This document shows positions 53,372-64,000 of a stretch of DNA of 64,000 bases, in pieces. The DNA comes from Octopus sinensis (Eukaryota), in assembly GCF_006345805.1 (NCBI RefSeq), contig NC_043011.1, positions 22,270,464 to 22,334,463 of the forward strand. Reading direction: 5' to 3'. The first letter of the stretch is position 1. Each line of letters begins with the position of its first letter. The notes under the pieces were generated by a model. That model made no database searches, had not been told where the DNA came from, and saw nothing but the letters and a program-made list of their open reading frames with translations. The position numbers and the translations under genes are program-made.

Positions 53372-56097
53372 TAATATACAAGTTGAGATGATCAAGGCTG
53401 GAACATCTTTAACTTGAAGATTGACATGGAGTTAAACAATAACAACCGTTGACATTCTGTCAAGATATTCTTCTACTGCAAACATCATCTTCTGCTCTTT
53501 TGAGTTTGCTGACTGACTGATTCATGCAATGCCCAAAACCTCTCCCCCTTACCCTCAACTTACAAAATAATAAACCCTTTTTTGCGAAGGTTTGCCACAA
53601 GACTTGCAAATTTCTGGAACACTTTCTTATTTCTTTATTGTCCACAAGGGGCTAAACATAGAAGGGACAAACAAGGACAGACAATGGGATTAAGTCGATT
53701 ACATTGACCCCAGTGCATAACTAGTACTTAATTTATTGACTCCGAAAGGATGAAAGGCAAAGTCAACCTCAGTGGAATTTGAACTCAGAACGTTACGGCA
53801 GACGAAATACTGCTAAGCATTTCGCCTGGCACACTAATGTTTCTGCCAGCTCACTGCTTCAGTCACTAACTTACAGAATTCAAACTGAATCCTTTTTTGA
53901 AGGTGGTAATAGAGGTATTAAATGCTTTGGAGAGTAATTTTACTTTAGGTGCTTGACTAGATAAATCATAGTCAAAACCTCTTTGCATTCTTTTTAAGGT
54001 TCCACAGTCACCACACATGGACATTATCCCAAAAGAGAAAAGGTGAAAACAACATGTAAACAGGACTAAACAGTCAGATGATAACTCAGTGGTCAGTAGA
54101 AAAGCCCAATTTTTTTCCTTAAAAAATTTTACGGTTTTCTCACAGTTAACAAGCTGTTTAATAAATCATGGGTGAATTGAAACCCTTTCAGCCCACCAAT
54201 ATGAAAGCGAATGAAGTTAACATCATCTTATGGAAGCACTCCATCGGTTACGACGACGAGGGTTCTGGTTGATCCGATCAATGGAACAGCCTGCTCGTGA
54301 AATTAACGTGTAAGTGGCTGAGCACTCCACAGACACGTGTACCCTTAACATAGTTCTCGGGGATATTCAGCGTGACAAGGCTGGCCCTTTGAAATACAGG
54401 TACAACAGAAACAAGAAGTAAGAGTGAGAGAAAGTTGTGGTGAAAGAGTACAGCAGGGATCACCACCATCCCTGCCGGAGCCTCGTGGAGCTATAGGTGT
54501 TTTCGCTCAATAAACACTCACAACGCCCGGTCTGGGAATCGAAACCGCGATCCTACGACCGCGAGTCCACTGCCCTAACCACTGGGCCATTGCGCCTCCA
54601 CACATCATCTTATATATGTGTGTGTGTGAGAGAGAGAGAGAGCAAAAGAGAGTTTAATGACTTTACAAATTTGAACTATGAGCCAAAATGTTGAGAACAT
54701 GCATTCACTTAATTGTTAATCAATCAGGCCACCAAATTCTAATATGAATTTGAGTGAATATACAGCCTAATGCTGTAATCAATATTTTGTTGGACTGGAG
54801 TGCAAAATCCATGATGAGTGGTACCTGTGATTCAAAGGGCCAGCCTTGAACATTCCGTGTCATGCTGAATCTCCCTGAAAACTATGTTAAGATTATGCAC
54901 GTCTGTGAACTGCTCAGCCACTTGCAGCACATTATTTCATGAGCAGGTTGTTCCGTTGATTGGATCAATTGGAACACTTGTCATCGTAACTGACAGAGAG
55001 CCAGAGCAAAGTACATGTTCTGTTACATGCCTGGAAAAGACCAAGAGAAGCACCCCAGTAAATTCTTCAAGAGATTCTGAATCTATCAGATCCTTCTTTT
55101 CAGCACCCTTCATAGTAAATGGTAGGAAGAAATAAAAAGGGAAGAAGAGGATGTTGTACAGCTGCAAGTCAACTTTCACTGAGTAAACCTATGATCAAAA
55201 GCATTCCAGCCATGACCAACCTGTCTTCCTAAGATGTACTTTCTTATGGACACAGCATAGTTAAGTTTACTTTCCAATCTTGAGGTTCCAGGTTTGATCC
55301 CACTGCATGGTATCTTGGCAAAGTAACTTTTTACCATAATCTTTGGTTAACTCAAGCCTTGTGGGTGAAATTTGATACACAGAAACTGTGTGAAAAACCA
55401 GTGAATGGATTGTATTTGTTATTTAAAGGTTTGACCTTGTCACACTGATTCTACCTGAGAATTATGTAAAGGATAGATCTGTGGAATACTCAACCACTTA
55501 CAAGGTAATTCAGCTGACTGAACAATTGTATATTCATGGTAGAAACCAAGGAAGATTCCTTTATTTTCTTACTGAAGACAGTATTTGCTGCATCCATCTA
55601 GAGATTTCTTTCTTGGCTCAAGAAACAAGTAAAAATAGGAGGAAATTTCTTATAAAGTTTGTTTTTGCTTTAACATTAATTAAATGATGCAACTTACTCA
55701 ATGTGTCAATCATCATCTAATATAACTGTAATCTTTATCTTCTATATGTTTTAACCTCAGTACTTATTTTTTTTATATAGCTTGGTCCTTATTTTATTGG
55801 TCTCTTTTGCTGACTTGCTAAGTTATAGGGACTTAAATAAATACCAGTTGTCAAGTGGTGGTGATGTGAGAACAGACACAGACACACACACTCACATACA
55901 CACGCTTCAACAGATTCCTACAACCAAATTCACTCACAAGGCATTGGTTGGCCTAGGGCTACAATCAAAGACACCCAATGTGCCATGCAGTGGAACTGAA
56001 CCTGAAACCACATGGTTGCAAAGCAAGCTCCTTAACCATACAGCCATGCTTATGCCTACAATGTGTGATAAACTAAAGAAAATGAGAAAACGATGCA

Positions 56098-57806
56098 TAC
56101 TCTTTTACTCTTTTACTTGTTTCAGTCATTTGACTGCGGCCATGCCGGAGCACCGCCTTTAGTCGAGCAAATCGACCCCGGGACTTATTCTTTGTAAGCT
56201 CAGTACATATTCTATCGGTCTCTTTTGCCGAACCGCTAAGTGACAGGGACATAAACACACAAGCATCGGTTGTCAAGCAATGCTAGGGGGACAAACATAG
56301 ACACACAAACATACACACATATATATATATATACATATATACGACAGGCTTCTTTCAGTTTCCGTCTACCAAATCCACTCACAAGGCATTGGTCGGCCCG
56401 GGGCTATAGCAGAAGACACTTGCCCAAGATGCTACACAGTGGGACTGAACCCAGAACCATGTGGTTGGTTAGCAAGCTACTTACCACACAACCACTCTTG
56501 CTGATAATTTTAAAAATTGAAACAACTTCTATTTCTTTGGATGTTGAAACTCAGAGGGGATGACAGGGGACTGAGGCCCTTGGCGGTTTGCTGTGCTTAA
56601 AAAGACATGTCACGCTAGGTAAAAGCATGGTTGTCCTTGTATACAGGCTGTTGTTCCCTGCATCCCTTTCCAGCTGAGCATTCCTAACCTTGTGGGTGGT
56701 GGTGCCACATAAATGCACCTGTGCTGGTGGTGTGTAAAAGCACCCAATACATTCTGTAAAGTGGTTAGCATTAGGAAGGTAATCCAGCCTTAGAAATCAT
56801 GCCAAAACAGACATAGGCGCAGGAGTGGCTGTGTGGTAAGTAGCTTGCTAACCAACCACATGGTTCCGGGTTCAGTCCAACTGCGTGGCATCTTGGGCAA
56901 GTGTCTTCTGCTCTAGGCCCGGGCCGACCAATGCCTTGTGAGTGGATTTGGCAGACGGAAACTGAAAGAAGCCTGTCGTATATATGTATGTGTGTGTTTG
57001 TGTGTCTGTGTTTGTCCCCCTAGCATTGCTTGACAACCGGGGCTGGTGTGTTTACGTCCCGTCACTTAGCGGTTCGGCAAAAAAGACCGATAGAGTAAGT
57101 ACTGGTTTACAAAGAATAAGTCCAGGGGTCGATTTGCTCGACTAAAAGGCGGTGCTCCAGCATGACCGCAGTCAAAATGACTGAAACAAGTAAAAGAGTA
57201 AAGAGTATAGAGCCTGGGCAGTTCTTCAGCTGGCCAACTCCTATCAAGCCATCCAACCCATGCCAGCATGGAAAACAGGTGTTTGACGTTGATGATGATA
57301 ATGATGAGCAGACATAGTAAACATGACACCTGATCTACATTAATAAGCATGATTTTATGGGTCTGAAATTACTACGAGGTATAGATAGTAAGAGCACTTG
57401 AGTAAATGTAACTGCGCAGGAGTGGCTGTGTGGTAAGTAGCTTGCTAACCAACCACATGGTTCCGGGTTCAGTCCCACTGCGTGGCATCTTGGGCAAGTG
57501 CCTTCTGCTATAGCCCCGGGCCGACCAATGCCTTGTGAGTGGATTTGGTAGACGGAAACTGAAAGAAGCCTGTCGTATATATGTATATATAAATATGTGT
57601 GTGTGTATGTGTTTGTGTTTGTCCCCCTAGCATTGCTTGACAACCGATGGTGGTGTGTTTACGTCCCCATCACTTAGCGGTTCGGCAAAAGAGACCGATA
57701 GAATAAGTACTGGGCTTACAAAGAATAAGTCCCGGGGTCGATTTGCTCGACTAAAGGCGGTGCTCCAGCATGGCCGCAGTCAAATGACTGAAACAAGTAA
57801 AAGAAT
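56098..57806. mobile_element. Three young SINE A copies: 56098-56500 (-), 56815-57205 (+), 57413-57806 (+)
   Basis: Highly similar ~390-bp sequences in opposite orientations. Confidence 0.85.
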
Positions 57807-58245
57807 AACCCCACAAAGAAATTGGAGTGGTGTTAAATCCGAGATAGCTGATAGTCTGGGAAATGATGTTATGATATGGATGAGTGGTTCTTAACCTGGG
57901 GAGTAGTGCCTTCTTGCGGGTGTTGTGAAATTACAGGAACGAAAGAAGGATGCTAGGTGTTTAGAGATGTTTATTATTTTTCTTAGAAGTAAAATAATTA
58001 AACCATCTTTTCAAAAGAAATCTTTATCGGGAATGCAACACAAGTTGGACATTGCTGTAACCCCTTACAGGTTTCTCCAAGAAAGAAAGAAATGTGGGCA
58101 GAAACTTCACTAATGATGCACCAAGATCCAATATAATTTCATGATATAATTCTTCAACTTTAGTAGGTTTCATAAAAATTTTAACACAGGAGACACTAAC
58201 CCATGTCTGTCCGTCCATCCATCCACCCATCTATATATATACATA

Positions 58246-59505
58246 CAAAGTCTCACAGTCTCATCCGACCCTCACAATATGGATTTGTCCCTAACTCCAG
58301 CTGCAGTGACCAGCTTGTCGAGTTCCTTGAGGACATTACTCAGATTACTGACAGTGGCTCATGGGTGGATGTTGTCTACCTTGACTTTGCTAAGGCTTTC
58401 AACTCTGTGCCACACAAAAGGCTTATGGTGAAACTCTCTGCAATGGGTGTGGGGGATGACCTTTTTAACTGGTTGAAATCCTTCATCCTCAGCCGAAAGG
58501 AGGTAGTCACAGTTCTAGGACAGCACTCTACACCATATGAGATGTCATCGGGTGTACCACAGGGATCTGTCCTTGGTCCCCTCTTGTTTGTGGCATACAT
58601 TAACGACATAGATGCCAATTTAAAGAATGCCACAGTATTGAAATATGCAGACGACATCAAGCTGTACCTTGAAATCAAGAGGACAGATCCTGATGTCTAC
58701 AACTCTTTCCTGCAATCAGACCTAGACACAATGCAGCAATGGATCACAGACTGGCAACTGAAACTGGCTGTGGACAAGTGTACCACCATGCATTTTGGGA
58801 GAAAAAACCCTGCGTTCACATACTCCCTCCACAACACTGATATCAAGAAATCCTCTTGCGAGCGTGACCTAGGCATCACTGTCAGCAGTGATTTGCGTTG
58901 GTCAAAGCATATCTCTAAGATTGTCAGGAAGGCCGAGGGTGTCTTGGCATCACTCAGCAGGTCTTTTGTTAGCCGCTCTCCAGCCATCTATTTAAAACTG
59001 TATACAGCTATGGTACGACCACACTTGGAATTCGCATCATCAGTTTGGAACCCCTATCTTGCACAGAACATTGACCTCCTGGAATCTGTCCAGAGACGTG
59101 CAACCAAACGCATACCCTCCATCAGACACCTACCATATTCTGAGCGCCTTGTTTCCCTGGGCATGGATTCACTGAAGCTCCGGCGTTTGGCGACGGACTT
59201 GGTAAACACCCACAAAGTTATCAACCACTTCACCAACAACAACACTGAACACCTTTTTGATCTCCATGTGTCTAACACACGTGGACATGCCTACAAAGTC
59301 AGAAAACAATACAGCTCCCATGACTTTCGGAAACATTTTTTCACGCTCAGAGTTGCTGAAGCATGGAATAAACTGCCTGCGTCAGTTGTTGACTGCCATG
59401 ACACTGCATCTTTTAAGGCCCTCATGCTTTCCGAAATCCGCCAAAACTACACCTGATTATATATACACTTTAGATGAGTTGTAGTGCACCTGAGCACTGT
59501 ACACA

Positions 59506-59520
<15 letters not shown>
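58246..59520 (+). mobile_element. 5'-truncated CR1-clade LINE with an uninterrupted RT ORF (stop 59454-59456) and (ATT)n tail
   Basis: QYGF, YLDFAKAF, SGVPQGSVLGPLLF, YADD, RPHLEF..SVWNP, VQRRATK, TRGH, FF..RV..WN.LP. TATATATATACATAC on both flanks is a possible TSD. Confidence 0.93.
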
Positions 59521-59537
<17 letters not shown>

Positions 59538-59843
59538 TATACATACATATATATAGACATATATATATATATATAGACATATATATACACATACACACAC
59601 ACATCAAAAAGCACATGTTGGATATGAGAGCAAAGAAAATAGGGATTAAAAAACATACTTAATAGGTGCAGGTATGGATGTGAAGTTAAGAAGCTAGCTT
59701 TCCAGCCACTTGGTTTCAGGTTCAGTCCCACTGTATGACCTCTCAGCTAAGTGCCTTCTATTATAGTTCTAAACTGACCAAAACCTTGTGAGTGGATTTG
59801 GTAGATGGAAACTGAAAGAAACTTGTTTTAATATATATATATA

Positions 59844-61498
59844 CTAGCAATGCATCCCAGCGTTGCCCAGGTGTCATGACCTATAGCCGCATTGTATTAT
59901 TTATTCCTTTCTTATGGGCAGAATCGACACAGCTGATATATAGTGAACTGGATTACTGGCATAATGGAAGTTATTGTTTGTTTAGAAATGTGGGGGGGGG
60001 GGGCACAATTTGCATGGGTTCACATGAAAGTGCTTTCTGTTCTTAAGAAGGATCACAAACTATGTATTACTTCATTGTACAAAAGAGGGTTAATGCGATT
60101 TTGCCCAGAAATCACATTTTCAAACTTTTAATTTCCCACCATCTCTACTGCAATTTCGCAATTTGTAACTTGGTTTTCAAATTTTTCTTTTTAATCCACA
60201 GAGTAAAATAGAGATTATGAATTTGGGAAGTATATATTTTTTTTAAAGTTTAATTTTCCTTAAAGAAACACTCCCACCTCGCCCACCCGCTTTCAAAAAG
60301 CTAAAACCTCCCAATGTTTCACGCAAGCATAGAATTGTACCGAAATGGCAGACATAATAAATACTAGACCACCACCAGAAAACCCAACATGCTAGAAACA
60401 ATAGGAAAATGACATTATTTCTGAAGAAACTTACCTGCTTTCCAAAAGGCTAAAAGTGAAACATTGGGAGTTTGTATTTTTTTGAAAGGAAGTTATTTTA
60501 TGGCATTCTTTTGTTTGAGGCAGCAAAGTTGTCACCTTGATCATATGGTTGATCAAATGATTGTTAATTTCTGTAAAAATTTTTTTATTTCTTTATGCTT
60601 TGAAATGAGTAGAAATTGAAAGAAAGGAGAAAGTGAAATGGCAACATTTGCTTTGAAGTGAGAGCAAAGTGAAAGATGTATGTTTGTGTATATGAAATGG
60701 ACATATGCATGAGAGAGAGAGAGAGTGATTGAAGGTGTGTGTGTCATGTATGTATTAACTTGCATGTATGTGTAAGTGGCACTCACTCGCTCACACTCCC
60801 TCTCTCTTTCACACATACACACACATACAATATCTTTCATATACACATGTATATGTTTTTTTGTATGTGTGTGTATGTGAGAGAGAGAGAGAGTGAGTGA
60901 CTGTATTTCCTCATAACATTTAGAGGAATGGATATCTTTTAATGAAATTTTTTTGGTTGTGGCTTATTTTAATACAATATTTATATATACATTTTCCTAG
61001 ATGTTTGTCTGAGTAGAATTCTATGCATGCATGAAACATTGGACAAAAGTGAAATATTAGAAGCAAATCGAAATATTGCCCAAAAATGACCTCAAAATTG
61101 TGCAACCTGACCTAATTCCGAGGTTATTTTAGTAGTAAAAAAGAGTTGTTGTGCCAAAAACATAGTTTATTTGGTAAATAGATGATAAGCAGCTTTCTTT
61201 ATTGTAGTACAGGTGTGACTAATTCGGAGAAACATTACTTTCATTGTTCACACAATGCAACACTTTGTAATTTTGGTTCAAATTGAAAGTGTGAAACTAT
61301 TTTCACTTTCTAATGAAACCCAGTTGTTGAGATAATGTAGAAAATATGTAAGTGAAAATAAAGTTTATTTGGTAGCCAAAAGATTATTGAATCTTTTGAT
61401 ACCCCATACGTCAAAATCAGCAGCTCAGTTTTCGAATGCATAAGGAACATACGCACACACACACATACAAACTCTCTTTTATATATATATATATATAT
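59844..61498 (-). mobile_element. Non-autonomous Helitron-like element
   Basis: The minus-strand 3' end reads CCTGGGCAACGCTGGG...TTGCTAG|T. The 5' end is (TA)nAAAAGAG followed by (GT)n. The 5' TC was not resolved. Confidence 0.55.
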
Positions 61499-63255
61499 CA
61501 TCATCATCATCATTTAATGTCCGTTCTCCATGCTAGCATGGGTTGGACAGTTCGACCGGGGATCTGGGAAGCCAGAAGGCTGCACCAGGCTCCAGTCTGA
61601 TCTGGCAGTGTTTCTACAGCTGGATGCCCTTCCTAATGCCAACCACTCCGTGAGTGTAGTGGGTGCTTTTTACGTGCCAGGCGAAGCTGGCAACGGCCAC
61701 AAACGGATTGGTGCATTTTACGTGCCACCAGCTTGGAAGCCAGTCAAGGCGGCGCTGGCATCGGCCACGATTCGGATGGTGCTTTTTACGTGCCACCAGC
61801 ATGAAAGCCAATGTGCATATGTATCTGTGTGTGTGTAAGTGTTAGTCTCTCTTCAACTTCACATTGCATGATTATTGTAAATGAGTGTCACCGTCATACA
61901 GGAAGTGTCCTTCAAACTACTGAGAAAACATGTCCAGGCATGGGGAAATATTACTGGCACTCTGTCAGTTATGATGAAGGGGGCTCCAGCTGATTTGATG
62001 ACTGGAACAGCCTGTTCATGAAATTAACATGCAAGTGACTAAGCATTCCAAATACATATGTACCCTTAACATAGTACTTAGGGAGATTCAGCGTGACACA
62101 GAATGTGACAAGGCTGGCCTTTTGAAATACAGGTACTACTCATTTTTGCCAGCTGAGTGGACCGGAGCAATGAGAAATAAAGTGTCTAGCTCAAAGACTC
62201 AATGTGCCCTACTGGGAATTGAACTTGCAATCTTATGATCATGAGCAGAATACCCTAACCACTAAGCCACATGCCTTCACTCACAGGTGGGGGATATTAC
62301 TTCACTTGAAAACTGATGAGGGTTGATGACAGGAAGGGCATCTATCTAAAGAAAATCTACCTCAATAAATTCCATTCAACCCATGTAAGCATGGAAAAGT
62401 GGATGTTAAAGCGATAAGCTGAACTACAAAACATTGAGAACAATTACTATAGATGATTAGTGATATGACATATTGCACACCCATACAACTATAATAAAAA
62501 TATGACAAAGATGATGGTAAATTGGATTGAATTGCCTATATTCAGTTCACTGCAGGACAAAGGCCTCAGCATGTTCTCTCCACCAACAATGGTCTTATGT
62601 GAAGGCCATGAATTTAAGCTCAAGATCATACTGGTTTGATGAGCCTAATCTGCCACACTGGCTCAACAGGACTTGGTAGAGGGGTACAGTTTTTATACAC
62701 TTACTCAGGAGTAGTTGAGTTGATTACATCGATTCCAGTGCTCACCTGGTACTTATTTTATTAATTGCAAAAGGATGAAAGGCAAAGTCAACCTCAGTAG
62801 GATCTGAACTCAGAATGTAAGGATGGTAAATTAATTTGAATATATTTACAGGTTTTGGAGGAGGGGTGTTATTTTGCTTGACATCTATTTTCCATGCTAA
62901 ATTGCTTTTTACATCTAAAAGTAAAGACTGGAACCAACTTTAAAAGTCGGGCAAACTGAGAGATAAGCAGAGTTATATTTAGTCCCGAGTAGTGTTTGAA
63001 ATGAAACTTATAGCCAAATTATTAATTTTCAGCATTTAAACTTTAACCACTGTGTTATATATTTGTTAAATCAATTTTTGATATTAGGTGAAGGTGTGGT
63101 TGCATGAAAAAAGCTTGCATTGTAATTACTGTTGCATGGCATCTTGGGCAAGCATTTCTCTACAACAGCCTTGGGCCAACCAATGTCTTGTGAGTGAATT
63201 TGGTAGATGGAAACTGTGTGGAAAACCCATAATATACATATGATACATATACATA

Positions 63256-63425
63256 GGCACAGGAGTGGCTGTGTTGGTAAGTAGCTCGCTTACCAACCGC
63301 ATGGTTCCGGGTTCAGTCCCACTGCATGGCACCTTGGACAAGTGTCTTCTACTATAGTCTCAGACCAACCAAAGCCTTGTGATTGGACTTGGTAGATGGA
63401 AACTGAAAGATGCCCATCATATATA

Positions 63426-63458
<33 letters not shown>

Positions 63459-63632
63459 CTGTCTGTGTTTGTCCCCCAACATCACTTGACAACCGATGCT
63501 GGTGTGTTTACGTCCCCATAACTTAGCAGTTCGGCAAAAGAGACCGATAGAATAAGTACTAGGCGGGGTTGATTTGCTCGACTAAAGGCAGTGCTCCAGC
63601 ATGGCCACAGTCAAATGACTGAAACAAGTAAA
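63256..63632 (+). mobile_element. SINE family A
   Basis: Same head and tail as the other family A copies. Confidence 0.85.
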
Positions 63633-64000
63633 GCAAAAAAAAAAAAAAGAATATGTACATGTGTATGTGTTCAAGTTTGTTGACAATTTGTGTTGATCAG
63701 TTTACATCCCTGAAACTTACCAGTTCATCAAAAGGGACCGATAGGATAAATATCAGACTTAAAAAATAAGTGCTGGGTTCAATTTGTTTGACTAAACCCT
63801 AGAATGCAGTGCTCCACCAGGACCGTAGTCCAATGACTGAAACAAAAGGTAAAAGATAATAACTGGCTACACACACAAACACATATATGAATGACAAGCT
63901 TCTAAACTGTTTCCATCAGCCAATTCATTCATAAGGCATTGGTGAACCCAGGGTTATAGTCGAAGATACTTGCTCAAGGCACTGTGCTGTTTGACTGAAC

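Noticed and set aside
60435-60570. 136-nt minus-strand AG/GT-bounded open segment as an upstream HBS1L exon
   Set aside because: The acceptor region is purine-rich, there is no HBS1L similarity, it lies inside a Helitron-like element, and it ends in phase 2 whereas 27707 needs phase 1.

Overview
AT-rich, repeat-dense eukaryotic genomic DNA. The SINE, LINE and microsatellite content looks Octopus-like, which is an inference from recalled repeat families. One protein-coding gene is reconstructable: HBS1L (Hbs1-like translational GTPase, ribosome rescue) on the minus strand. It has 12 GT-AG, phase-compatible exons from 27707 down to a TAG stop at 587-589 (1715 coding nt, ~570 aa). Its N-terminal exons were not found, so 27.7-64 kb is probably one very long intron. 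The rest is retroposons (several tRNA-type SINE families, RTE, CR1, R4/Dong, Hero-like and Penelope-like remnants), DNA-transposon MITEs (piggyBac-, hAT- and Tc1-like), Helitron derivatives and microsatellites. The most unusual element is a CpG-decayed copy of the 3' ~436 nt of 18S rRNA. It ends exactly at the mature 3' end, is fused to a SINE/LINE 3' tail, and sits inside an older SINE (52207-52695).
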